Origin: Rhina ancylostomus
Taxonomy: Eukaryota
Assembly: GCA_030265395.1 (NCBI GenBank)
Contig: JARFYF010000022.1
Coordinates: 19,180,037 to 19,244,036, forward strand
Length of the DNA stretch: 64,000 nucleotides
Reading direction: 5' to 3'
Shown in pieces: positions 36,920-49,878 of the stretch. Position 1 is the stretch's first letter. Each line of letters opens with the position of its first letter. The position numbers were made by a program, and so were the translations under genes. The notes beneath the pieces were generated by a model, which saw only the letters and a list, made by a program, of their open reading frames with translations, made no database searches and was not told the origin of the DNA.

Positions 36920-37949
36920 NNNNNNNNNNNNNNNNNNNNNNNNNNNNNNNNNNNNNNNNNNNNNNNNNNNNNNNNNNNNNNNNNNNNNNNNNNNNNNNNN
37001 NNNNNNNNNNNNNNNNNNNNNNNNNNNNNNNNNNNNNNNNNNNNTTCCCTCATCAATCTTCCTCTTAGTAAGTCCTGAACAAAAGCTTCCAAAAAGACTC
37101 TGACAGTTCAAAAAAGTATAGTAACTCAAGATTTTGATCGCAAGTTGATCAGCTTGGGAGATAAGTAGTGTCGTTGAACTTCTAACTTAAGCTGCTGGCA
37201 TCGTTGTCATTCCTTAACGTGTCCAGGAAAATCAAATGCAAGCAGAAAAGTGGAGATCTGAACATTGAAGGGATTAAATTGGAGATAAATATCTAGGAGA
37301 TTCCAGAATGCGCACAATAGGAAATGTTTGAAATCTTGCTTTAAAAGTGACACATTCAGATTAATTTTAAGCTTCACAATTCACACTGTTTAGGTTTCCA
37401 TTTCAACAACTAACATATAAACACGAAGCAAAGGATTTTACAAGGTTAATGGCTGTGCTTTAGTGAATTATAAACAGTTATATATTAGTGAAATGTCATG
37501 GATGCAGCTTTCTTTCGAGAGTGCTCTGGATCTTGTCATTTCTGTTTTTAAGTTGAATGTTCATAAACTATTTTTTGAATCTCTTGGGCAGAAACTTTCA
37601 CAATTAAAATTATTCCATAAAACGGGAATAACTACTACAGTGTCAATTAAAATAATAAGGTCTCTTTCATAAAACTGATTCCAAATGTAAGAGGTGAAAG
37701 GATGTTGGTATCTTGAGCCCAGTAATCATGTTTAAAACAATAAAATTTAACAACTATTGAGCACAAAATATTAAGAGTGAAAATGAGATAAGGTAGTAGA
37801 ATAAAAATATTTAAGATGTTCTGCATGGAGTTCAAGATTAGAATTATTTTTTGGCAGTTACGATAACCTTCCCTCTTCAAATTTTTGCCTCTCTTGACCA
37901 AGGGAACTACCAGAGTACAGGTGCAAACATCTTCTGTTATTCATAAAGC

Positions 37950-38060
37950 AAAGAAAACTGCAGATGCTAGAAATCAAAAATAAAAATAGAAAATTATGGA
38001 AATACCCAGCAGATCAGGCAGCATCAATGAAGACAGAGAGAGATAGTGTTTGATATTTCA
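37950..38060 (-). mobile_element. Penelope terminal fragment
   Basis: AACTGCAGATGCTAGAAATC...GGAAATACCCAGCAGATCAGGCAGCATC. Confidence 0.7.
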
Positions 38061-41000
38061 CTGTACTGCATGGTACACATTACCAAAACTTCAACAAGCA
38101 AAATCCGACCCAGGGTGGCTTAACAAGTGACAAGGATTGGTTCACATAACCAAGGGGATAAAACAGTTCAAACATTGAGCAACTTCTACATAATGAAAAT
38201 CAAACTTCCAAGTGTTTATTACAACTGATTCAATTATGTTTTTTTAAAAAACACATTCAACCATTTCTCTTCTAAAAAGGTCCCAAAAAAAGTCACAATA
38301 CAGATATTCAGGATAACTATTTACTCCCTATCAAAAGAATCTCAAATATGACAAATGAGCAAATCACTTCAGTTACATTTATAAGATTTGAATTTGCTAT
38401 CATAAAGGTGTTTACAGACATTTAATAGAAAAGTTCAAGTGGCTCCGATGATCTTGTGAATACAGGTATTGGCCAATTTGACAGACCAAACCACAAGGTT
38501 CGAGGTTTAAATTCCAGTCCACGTTCAATAATCTTGCATAGCAGTTCAATTCCTGCAAGCTCCCAAGAAAGGTTTAAAACAAAGCAAGCCAGAGCTCCTC
38601 ATTTGAGTTTACATGGGTATTGCATGTGCAGTGGTAACGTGGGTGGGAGTGCCAAGGATATGTCAGAAGGTAGCAGAGTTGAGATGTATGCATGGAGTTA
38701 AAGGAGGATTGGATCAGAGTGACTTAAGTGAACAGCTTTGCATCAAAATATCCTATTAATAAGCACAAAATTTATTGCAACAAATGTATGGACAAATAGG
38801 AGGACCTAATATAAATTAAAAAATGAATTCCTATCATCCAAGAGTCTGTATACTTTCCCACGCTACTTTGAAACTTTATCCATTGGATCAAAAATAACCC
38901 AAAAATATTTCACTCCATTGGGATTCCATCAGATACTTAACTCCTGTCACCAAACAGAATCTTTTTCCTTATGCTGCAAATAAACCTCCAGACAGTCAAA
39001 ATGTCAGAATCAACAAAGAATTCAAAACACATTAAAAAGGATTCGCTCTGGTTATCTTATGTCATCCTTAAATAATAGCTGGCATGAAGTCTGAATTTGG
39101 ATGTACTGGTCTAATGTGGTACAGTATTTGGACTTGCTGATCTCTCTTCATCATATACTGGATAAAACACTACAATTTGATGCTGCATTGAAAGGCTTTA
39201 AAAGCCTTAAAAAAACCTTTGAAGTTTTGTTAAGCTATGTTCCTTTATCGCACCCTCAACTAAAGGCACAATCTGACATAATTCTCACTACATTCCCTGG
39301 TTCAGTTAGACACAGGTGGTGGTGTTATTACAGCTGTGTACACCGCGTGTGGGCAGTAGCAAGTGAGAACACAATGGCAGTGCATGTTTCAAGTCAAGAA
39401 TTTGTACTTCACATTTATTTTAACAATTTGAACACCACTGTAATTTTGTAATTCAAAAGGTAATCATGGCACAACTTCAACAGCTGGACAGAATGCTAAC
39501 TGAAAATGATGGGTTTATAAGTAGTTCAATAAACAGACACTGACCTTCAAAACCCATGCTTGCCATGTGTAATGTAGCCAGCCTAGAATAGCTGCATCCA
39601 GAGCTATGTATAAACTTACACATGATTAATAATCTTTATCACTTTTGCAGATATAATTACCTGATTATATTCTAACATTTCTACGATTTTTAGTCTTTGA
39701 CCATTTAAGTTATAAAACGCAACAGTAAAATAATGTTTTCACTGACAGATGCCTAATATCAAACAAAATTATCAGTGACAGAAGGCTTTGTATAATATCC
39801 TATGCTGTTTACTTGGATGCAAGATGCCATGATCAGTGGGAGGAATAAGTGATTTTTCTTTTATTTTAAGACATTCCTGCTTTAGCAACTGCCCTACTAA
39901 AACCTTTTGAATATTTATATTAAACGATTTATTTTATTTAAGTAATTTGTGTGTGTTGGTTGGAGGTTGAGGTTTCGAATAGACAGAATAGCACTGGGAT
40001 TTACATAGAATTTGCAACACAGAAACAGACCATCTGACCCAATAGCTTCTGTATAGTGCTTATGGTTCACACAATCCTTCTCCTACCACGTCCCCCGCCC
40101 CGGCCATCTTGTCACTCATGCTTGCTTCAAATTTATGTCAATCACCTCAACCACTACAAAAATTCCATTCCTCTTCACTCTTCCGGAATTTCTTGTTGGA
40201 TGTCTCTGACTTATTATACACACATTTCTTATTAGAATCCCCAGTGTTATAATGTCAAATATTCAGGCGATTCAGGTGCCATTACATAGCTACCTACAAA
40301 TGTTAAATCCCCAATATATTATGCCCATTGCTAACAGTTTCACAAAATGGGTGCAGTTCGAATTGTTCACACACACCAGTGATTGACAAGCATCAACTGT
40401 GCAAACCCGGCAAGTGCCATTTTTATCCTGAAATGTCCTCTAGCCAACAAGGTACAACATCTGTTCGTAACAAAAAATAAGGAAGAGGACAGTACTGCTC
40501 ATCCAAATCACTCCAAATAAAGAGTGTAATAAAAGCAGCGTGGGAAATCCCATTAGACACCATGTTGTTCCAATACTATCCCTTAAATATTCCAGAAATT
40601 CCAGTCAGAGGCTGCAATCACACGATTGGCAAGTTTAAAAGCATTAGCCATCAAACGTCAAGCGAACATCATATCGGTCTTATTTACTTGGTAAATTTAT
40701 AAACATGAAATTCAAATGAAAAAATATATACTGTATATCCAGCAAACTCATGCATTTAGTGCACTCACTATTACAGCAAACCTTTTTAAAAATCTGATGC
40801 CAAATTCCTGTGAACTTAATAGTCGACCATTTGACTCCATGGACATAATTCTGCCCAGTAGCACAGAAAATAAAGATTTAAACCTGGATGCCCTTCCTCT
40901 ACAAAATGCTACCTACACTTAAAAAGTCTAACTTCTGTGTTCAACCATATCACAAGACACACTGACTAGGCTTCATTTCAGAAAAGCAGAGACTCTGGTG

Positions 41001-41794
41001 TCGTGAACTGGACTCCCGCTGGAAGGACGATTTTCTCTTTGATCTATAGAACAAAGCTGCAGGCAAAGGAGACCCTGGGATTTGATGCAACACCACTTAT
41101 TCAGTCTGCTCAGCTGGATAAAAACAATATGAAGTCAATACAACTGAGACAGTATCCACACAACAGGTATAAATGCGAACAGGAACCAAGATGAGAAAGC
41201 CACTGATTTATTGAAAAACCTTTTAAGAGCTTTCCTGGGCTCTAAATGGTTGCCTTCTGATCATCCATAGCAGTGATATTCAACCACCTGTAAATAATTT
41301 GGTTACCAGTGCTTTACTCGGAAAACAATGAAGACAAATGTTACGGTAAAGAGACCCAGTAGTTTATTAATCCAACAGATTTAAAATAAACCAGGGGCAG
41401 CTTTAAATTTTACTGTTGCATTTTGATTTATGTGCATAGTGAACCAGACAGCCTGCAGAGAAAGGTCAGACATTTGTAATATAAAATGTAGAGCGAGGAT
41501 ATGTATGCCCTGGAATGTGGTCACATAAAAAGCTGATCTTAAAAAGCATGCAATACGAAATCCAATGACAGTGGCTGCCTGCAGTGCCAGGCTTGACCTT
41601 TTCCATTGCGTTGTATCCATCACACATTGGAAGGTCAAGAGCGAAACAAAAGCCAGCCTCAGCTCCCTTTCACAGCTTCAGAAAATAGACACCCACGGCA
41701 TCCCTTTGAACTCTGCAAATTGAAGGTTGGCAGAATGAACAAAGGGCACATCTATTTGTCCAGGGCCGAGCAACAAGAATAGCTGTCACTGACA

Positions 41795-41951
41795 CCACAG
41801 GAAGAAGGTGCAGCATGTCTCACAGAAGGTGCCNNNNNNNNNNNNNNNNNNNNNNNNNNNNNNNNNNNNNNNNNNNNNNNNNNNNNNNNNNNNNNNNNNN
41901 NNNNNNNNNNNNNNNNNNNNNNNNNNNNNNNNNAAGGTGCCCACAGGAGGT
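41795..41951. repeat. Probable collapsed minisatellite (unit ~CCACAGAAGGTGC)
   Basis: CACAGAAGGTGCC enters and AAGGTGCCCACAGGAGGT exits a 100-N gap. Confidence 0.5.
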
Positions 41952-43769
41952 CCAGATCACTAAGCGACGCAAAGGGTCAGAGGGGACAATGAAAACTGGA
42001 TCCTGTCTCTCTGCACATCATGCAGTTTTAATAATAATGCAGCTTATCGCCCAGAGTTTCATCTACGCACAAAAGAATGCTGGGAATCCAGCAGAAAATC
42101 CAATCAAAACCAAGCACAAAGAAGTTCTCACAAGATCATTTGTTTTTTTTTGCAAACTTGGGAGTTTATCTCCAACACTTCCTTAGATCTACCTGCCACT
42201 GCACTCACAGTAGACTCTATGCAATACAACTTCCTTCCATACTTTAGAAACAATTTGACCTTGTTTTTCCAATCCTTTCATAGAGCCATGGAACAACTAC
42301 TCAACCACTGGATGCTTCATCCTTCACGTTTTAACATTTTTACTCATCCGTGAAATTACCTGGCTGTTTCATGGCTCACTGCCATTCTCGAGGAGACTTT
42401 CAAGTCACATGTAGGATATGATTTCATTATGCAAAATGAGACAACGAGCAACTGAGTATATTTGAAGTGTAGCCATTGTAATCAGGTTTCACTGGAAAAC
42501 AAACTGCACCAATAAATGCAAATAGTTGATAAAAGTTCTCAATGCCTGATTGAAGACCTGCGAGGTCAGCAACCTGAAGTATGAACTGTTTCTCTCTTTG
42601 CAGATCTTGTTTGAACAGCACTTGCTCTCATTCATTTTTGTAAAGAAAACAGCTCATTTTAGTACACATTGATGATATTAGATCAACCTTGACACAAGTT
42701 TTAAAAACAGACTCTCCATCAGGCTGTATATAGTGACAATGCTAAAGCCAGCCAGACTGGAGCTTATTGGGTAAATACCCTTGATGCTTCACCTCAGGTG
42801 ACCCCCTCCCCCATAAGTGACTGTGATTGATTTTATGTGCATATATGGAACAATCCTCCACTCACTGCATTTTTTCTGGAGATATCCTCTGTCAATTCGG
42901 AGAAGCCACGGAGGTTCCCTTTTCTCTGCTCTTTAAAATGACTAAATTGGCTTTGCTGTAGGACAGACTATTTGCATTGAATCATACACCGCAGACCATT
43001 TCATTGGCTTACCCAGTATCATCAATAAATACTCCAATGAAATAATTGATATACAGAAAGCCGTTGCATTGCAAGTGCTGAAAATAAGACAATCATATTT
43101 CCTAAGCCAAATCCAGGAAACACTGCAAACTAACCAGGGTAATAATGCAAGTTGCAGACTACAGATAGACTAAACATGTAATGGTCCATATTTTAAACAG
43201 TTTTATGTAAAAGTAAATAGCAAATATTTATTGGCTTTACCAATTTATTTAAATGATCTAATCTCTTTTAGACTGACTGACACCATAATCAAGTGAAAAA
43301 TGGAGCAACTTTTACATGCATGGTGGAACTGGGGACACAGTCTAATAAGTTAAAGCTATGTTAGCTGTGCTCTACATCTGATTCTAATCACGTGCACCCC
43401 GTACTTATGTCTTCTCTGGTAAATAATTCCCTCCCTCTCCAATCATCCTTCCCCCCTTGGATTTCACCTCTCCAGTCCACTATCAAGTCCCCATTGCAAT
43501 CTCTCATCCTTTTGCACATTCATTCTCCTGCCACTGCACCCGATGTCGAGCTCCCCAAACTCTTTTTCCTCAAGAGTTCCCAGTCTGCTCCAGGGAAACA
43601 GCAAACTGATAAAATAAGTAGGAAACTGTATCATACAGTTTCCAGGCTGAATGCATGCACAGCTGCAATATCAGTCATACTCTTGTGGGGGATGAAATGA
43701 TGTTCAGGCTCCTCAATAAAGTCTACATAAATGGAACAACACACCTTTCATGCCAACAGATACTATCAA

Positions 43770-43885
43770 TAATTCATCAATCTGAAACATTAATTTGCTT
43801 TCTCTCTCCTCAGGAACTGCCTGACGTGTTGAGTATTTGCAGAATTTTCTACTTTTATTCAAGGTTTTCATTATCTGGAGTTTTT
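43770..43885 (+). mobile_element. Old Penelope terminal fragment
   Basis: CTGAAACATTAAT...CTGCCTGACGTGTTGAGTATTTGCAG. Confidence 0.6.
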
Positions 43886-44139
43886 TTTAAATCTCTTTTT
43901 GACTGACAGCTCCTTAGCTGTCAGGGACATATTTCATGAACTGGGCCATCTTTAGCAACATTGTTTACCCAGGGACATAGAAGCTCAATTGCAGGTCACC
44001 CTCACAAAACTGAATCATGTATTCACACTATATTTATAGTAAAGTAAAAATTACTTCTAAAATATTTTAGAATCATAACAGACGAGACAGGCACATTTGG
44101 TTGAACACGTCACCCTTAGTTCAGTGAAAGCATCGTGTT

Positions 44140-44492
44140 GTGAGAGGCAGTTCCATGCCCAGATATTGGCAAATGACCTAGACGAACATAGTTGTATGGA
44201 ACATGACCTAGTTGGAGGGGCCATCTTTCAGCTGAGATTTTAAAGTATATTAAAATAGAGGGAACATAAAATAATCCTTTGTGTTATTTTGAGGAACAGT
44301 GGGAAAATTATCCTTTTGACCATTAATTATCTCCTTACTATCCAACTCTGTTTACTAGACCTTGCTGAGTATAATTTAATCCAATCTCTCCTTACATAAC
44401 AACTGTGAGTGCATTTCAGAAGTACCTCAACGCACACAAACCACTGAAACATCTGGAGGACATGAACAATGCTATATAAATGTTCATTCTTT
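44140..44492 (+). mobile_element. Degenerate DeuSINE
   Basis: GTTGGAGGGGCCATCTTTCAG...TATTTTGAGGAACAG...GCTATATAAATG tail. Confidence 0.55.
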
Positions 44493-45079
44493 CAAGGCCA
44501 TAGAAATAGAAAGGCTCTTTCTAAGATAACCAACTTTAATAATTACCAGTGTAGCATAAAGAGGTACTATGCCCTTTGCTACTTTGTTAATCTCATCATT
44601 TACTCTTGATGAAAAATGGACTTTGGCGCCACACAAATTATTGAAAGCTTTTGATTTTTTTTTTAAAAGCTACATAGAAAGTATTCCCCTGCTAAGACAG
44701 TTACAAGCTTTTTCAATCACCTGTCACACACGTCATAAAACAGAACAGCATATTGATTTAGCCTACTGTGCTTTTTGCCTCTAAAAAATGGCTTCAAATG
44801 CATATCAGACCATTGGAATGTAAGGATTCTCCTTCCACAAAAAAAGGACTTAGAAGTCTCTCAAGAGTGCTTGCAAACATAAAGACAGAGATGCAGTTCA
44901 TTTCTTCCAAAATACAAAGGGAGAAATGAAATGGTTTGTCTGAAATTAGCTTAACTCCCAGATGCAACACATGGGTAACAACACAATTCAGTCTCTATAG
45001 CCAGTAAATGCTGTCCATAAGGTTGAAGCATGTTCAGCCAGAAGTACCAAGTGGGTGATCCTTCTTAGCTTCCTGCAGA

Positions 45080-46765
45080 GATCCCTGCCATTATATTGAA
45101 GGAAAATGCTTACAAAGTTACCAGAAAAAGCAGTAAGCTGAAGATTTAGTTTTAGAATGCAACAGAGCGACCAAGAAATTGATAAAGGATGGGAAAATAG
45201 AATATGAGATGAAGCTAGCGAGAAACAGAAACAAACTCTAATGAGGTCTATGCATATGTGAAAAGGAAATGTGTGTCCTTTCCAGATAGGGAAAGGACAA
45301 TGTATAATAAGGAACAAGGAAAAAGTAGAGGAATTAAATAAGTACTTTGTGTCTGCCTTCAAGGAAGAAGGCAAAATGAACTTCATTAAAATACTGGAGA
45401 ACCAAGGTCCAGTGCAAATGAGGAAGTAAAAGGAATTAGTACAAGTCAGGAAATACCACTTGAAAAGTCAAGAAGTCTGAAAGCTTACAAATCCCAGAGA
45501 CCTGATGATCTACATCTAAAATTCTTGAAATAGGTGGCTATGGAGATACTGGTCATCATCTTCCAAGATTCTATAGATTCTGGAATGCTGTCAGCAGATT
45601 GGAAGGTAGCAAATGTGGCGGCACCATTTCAGGAGGGAAGAGAGAAAATGGAAACTGTTAGCCATACAATGATGGCCAGGAAAATACTAGAATCTGTAAT
45701 CAAGGATGTGATATCAAAACATGGAATCAACGTGGATTTATAAAAGGGGAAATCATGATTGACTACTCTACTTAAGTTCTTTGAAGATGAATCAAGTTGA
45801 GGGGGAACAAGTGGTTGTGTTGTATTTGGATTTTCAGAAGGCTTTTACAAGATTGGTGAATAAGGTTAAAACATGTGAAATTTTGTGTAATATACAAACC
45901 TGGATTTAGAGAGAAAGCAAAGAGTCGGAATAACCAGGTCCTTCTCAGGTTAGCAGGCTGACTGAAAAGTTACTGTGAGGATTGAACCTCAAGTCCCAAC
46001 TATTTACTCTCTCTATCAATGGTTCGGCTGAGAGGATCCAATGTCATCAGCAAACCTCAAAGTTGCACGAAGCTATGTAAGAGTGCAAGTAGTGATGAGG
46101 ATAAAAGGAAGTTCAAGATATTGACAAACTGAGTGGACACCAGCAATGCAGATGGAGTACAGTGCAGAAGAATGCATGTACAGCAGAAAAAAAATGGAAT
46201 TACAAAGTATTTTTCAAAATAGTGAGAAATTGGGAAATAATGATGTTTAAAAAGACCTGGGTGACCTTGTATACGATGAAGGCTAACGTGTAGGTGCAAC
46301 AGGTACTTAGGAAGGGAAATGGGGTGTTGGCCATGTTCACTAAAGGATTTGAGTACAAGAGTAAAGACATCCTAGTACAATTATATGCAGTCTTGGAGTG
46401 TGTGACACCTGGAGTACTGTGTACAATTTTGGTCTCTTTACCTAAAGAATAGATATACTTGATAAAGACCAAGTGCAGCAAAGATTGGTTCCTGGGACAG
46501 CACGTCTGTCAGATGGAGAAAGATTTGAGTCGGCAAAGCCTCTCTTCTTTAGGAGTTTAGAAGAATAAGAGTTGACCTCTTTGAACTGTAAAAAATTCTT
46601 AGTTAGTTGACACACTAGACACGAGGAGAAAGTTCCACTTGACTGAGGATTCTAGAATTAGAGATCACATCTCAAAATAAGGGATACTCCCATTTAGGAC
46701 TGAAAGGAGGAGAAATTTCTTCAGTGAAAGGGCAGTGAATCTTTGGAATGCTACACCCAGCTTGT
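45080..46765 (+). mobile_element. Decayed CR1 ORF2 (~1.7 kb, many stops and frameshifts)
   Basis: ELNKYFVSAF, LVIIFQDSIDSGMLSADWKVANV, QRGFIKGKS, YLDFQKAF; ends near AATCTTTGGAATGC. Confidence 0.9.
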
Positions 46766-47394
46766 GTCTCTCTCATTCATGGGATGAGCCTTATTTAAAC
46801 TATTCTATTCACTTACTGACCCAGAAAAAAAATTGAATGATTTTTCAGGTTATTTTCTCTGACATCAATGACTATGATAGTAATTTGCTGACTGTGAAAC
46901 AGAAGCTGCCCTATGACTAAGATGTCTATTTTGGGTCTTTAGAATGCCATAGAACACAATGTGCTCAGAGCCTTTAACCTGTCAGCCTATGTTCTACAAT
47001 GGTCAAGGCCTCGCCCAACACAAACGTTTCTATTTTAATCTTCTGTGCAGAATTAGTAGAGTACTGTGTGGATAATAATTTATAGGTTAAGACACCTTTA
47101 CAACCAAGTATTCCTTCAAGAAGTTTAAAAAGCAGTTTATAAAGAATGAATGCATTGAGTATCCTTGAGACATTCTGAAATGCTTCAAAGTCATTGAATT
47201 ACTTTGAAATGTAAGCACTTGTTTGAACTCTGCTACATCCTTCTACCTATGTCTGATATCATAACAAAATAATTTTGGATTTTTAGTCACGGACACGTCA
47301 ATTCTCACTGGGTCAATAACCAAAACCAGATCAGACCATGTCTTTCTGCAATAATATCTTCAGAGACAACATATCAGTAATTTGAGCCATACCT

Positions 47395-48754
47395 CTTGCC
47401 ACAGGCATGTTACTGAACTGGAAGACCTTTGGTCGCCCGTTAGGTTGCATTGTTCGAAAAAGCAGAGGATGGGTAAGTAATTACAAACTAATCAACCTAA
47501 TAACAATGATGAACCTTAAACTGGGAAAAAGAGAGGAACAGTATTAATCATTGTTTAGAAATGAACAAATTAACCAAAGACAGCATGGAATTACTAAGGT
47601 TAAGTCATGTCTGTGTAATCTGATTAAATACTTTGAGGAGGTACCACAGAGTTCAATGAAAGTATTGCATTTAATACAGTCTACGGGATTTCACAAGGCT
47701 TTTGGCAAGTGTCATGCTGGTCTGAAAAGCAAACACCCATGGATCTATATAGATGGGCAGGCGGTATTGCCAGCAACCCCAGTTCAATTCCGGCCACTGT
47801 CTGTAAGGAGTTTGTACGTTCTCCCCATGTCTATGTAGGTTTCCTCTGGATGCTCCAGTTTCCTCCCACATTCCAAAGATGTATGGGTTAGGAAGTTGTG
47901 GGCATGCTATGTCGGTACCAGAAGCGTGGTGACACTTTTGGGCTGCCCCCTGAATACGCTACACAAAAGATGCATTTCACTGTGTGTTTCGATGTACGTG
48001 ACTAAAAGATATCTCTGCAAAACTGGCAAATGCATATAAAAATCAGTAACATAATGTACAGAGTAATAATATGTATTTTTGTGTCTAGAAGGTTGTTGGC
48101 TGTGTGGTTCCATGGTGTTCATTTGCTATGTCCTCTGCTTTTTGTGATATATGTCAGTGATTTAGATTTAAATGTAGAGGTCAGGTTTGTCGAAAATACA
48201 AAAATTGGCCATGTGGTTTAAAGTGAGGAAGAAATAGACTTTAGGGAGGTATTAATGGACATGTCAGGTATGCAAAACAAAGGCAAGTTAAAATCAGAGG
48301 CGTGCAAGATAACATAGCTGGGAAGGACAAAAAGACAAGTGAATACTTGATAAACTGTACAATACTGACAGGCGTAGCGCATAGAGAGACCTTAGACGGC
48401 ACATCCAAAGATCTTCGAAAATAATAGAGGCAGAGGGAAAACCTGAAAGAAGTTTATAAAATTATGAGAGGCAAAGATAGGTTAAACAGACAGAATCTTT
48501 TCCCCCCCAGGGTAGAAATTTCAAATACCAGGAGGACATAGCTTTAAGTTGGGGGTGAGGGGCAGTTCAAAGGAAATGTTTGTAGGTGCCTGGAATGCAC
48601 TGCCAGTGGTGGTTGTAGAAGCAGAGAGGACTGTGGTGTCTTTTAAATAGGCAGATGAATATGCAGAGTGGAGGGATATGGATCATGTGCAGGCAGAATG
48701 GATTAGTTTAACGTGGCATCATGGGCTGAAGGACCTGTTTGTGTGTGGCACTGT
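47395..48754 (+). mobile_element. Decayed CR1 ORF2 and 3' end (possibly two nested pieces), interrupted by a SINE
   Basis: QHGITKVKSCLCNLIKYFEEV, PLLFVIYVSDLD, EVYKIMRG; ends GGGCTGAAGGACCTG. Confidence 0.85.
47755..48015 (+). mobile_element. V-SINE with Rex1-type tail
   Basis: B-box-like AGTTCAATTCC, V-core GTAAGGAGTTTGTACGTTCTCCCC, tail GCATTTCACTGTGTGTTTCGATGTACGTGACTAAAAGATATCT. Confidence 0.9.
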
Positions 48755-48826
48755 GACAGAGACAGAGACAGAGACAGAGACAGAGACAGAGACAGAGACA
48801 GAGACAGAGACAGAGACAGAGACAGA
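48755..48826 (+). repeat. (GACAGA)12 microsatellite at a CR1 tail
   Basis: Perfect hexamer array; source of the (ET)n ORF. Confidence 0.97.
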
Positions 48827-49319
48827 TCAGCAGAAGCTGCCCCACCCCCTCACTCTACTCATTAACAATTCAGTGGCTTCAAACAACCAAGACAGAGCAG
48901 GTAACTAAACAAAGATGAGCAAATACTTGTGGTCTGACATGCCCTTTTAAGGAACATTTCCTGACTGCAGGTTTCTGTTTCCTGCTTCATTCTGCTATGG
49001 AAGGACATAGAATTACTTGTTCTTCTAAACACAATCTCTATTGTGCCCTGCAAAAACTTTTGAATAATTTCACAAAAGACAGACTTAAGCAAATGTCTAC
49101 AAATTCATGAGATTCAAGAACATAAATGTAGTTGTTAGGCTTTGGTTTTGTTGTGTATTATTCGGTTGCTTTTGACTTTGCTGTTTAAGACAATGAATGA
49201 CTGAGCCATACACATTAAGCTTGGGCAAACCCAAGTATTATCCCAAATATCTGGCGAGTTTCTGATCTCAGCCAAAGAAGCATTAGAAACATTATACACA
49301 GCTCCACAGGTACAAAGAT

Positions 49320-49600
49320 ACTGTGGAAAAGTTACTGGATAAGGAATCCAGAGATCCAGACTTATAATCAGTTTTTTTCCCCAAGTCCCACCACAACAGT
49401 TTCAGTAGTTAAATTCAGTTAAAGAAATAAATCTGGGATTTAAAAGTCAGGTCAGTAATGCTGACTTTGAAACTACTGAATAATTGTTAAAAAACCACTG
49501 GAATCCTAGTGTCCTTTTCCAGTCCAGCCTATTTGTAATATTGTTTTTAATTATCACACCAATGTGATTGATTGTCCTGGTAATGAGGAGTGGCCATTAA
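49320..49600 (+). mobile_element. tRNA-SINE, same family as 13543-13890
   Basis: GTTACTGGA...AATCCAGAG...TAAATTCAGTT...AATAAATCTGG. Confidence 0.55.
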
Positions 49601-49606
49601 GATTTT

Positions 49607-49878
49607 AAGATATCTTTATTAGTCACATGTACATTGAAACATACGGTGAAATGCATCTTCTGTGTAGAGTGTTCTGGGGGCAGCCCACAAGTGCCTCCAT
49701 GCTTCTGGAGCCAACACAGCATGCCCACAGCTTCTAACCTGTACATCTTTGGAATGTGGGAGGAAACCAGAGCACCAGGAGGAAACCCACGCAGACATGG
49801 GTAGAATGTACAACTTCTTACACACAGTGGCCAGAATTGAACCTAGGTTGTTGGCACTGTGATAGCATTACACTAACT
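49607..49878 (-). mobile_element. V-SINE with Rex1-type tail
   Basis: AAGATATCTTTATTAGTCACATGTACA...GGAAACCCACGCAGAC...GAATTGAACC. Confidence 0.9.

Noticed and set aside
41545-41610. SECIS-like ATGA...TGA arrangement
   Set aside because: No apical AA motif or proper helix II, and no selenoprotein 3' UTR context.
47755-47800. tRNA-like A/B boxes here and at other SINE heads
   Set aside because: They are SINE promoters with no cloverleaf, so not tRNA genes.
48678-48908. ORF with an (ET)n repeat
   Set aside because: Translation of the (GACAGA)n microsatellite at a CR1 tail.
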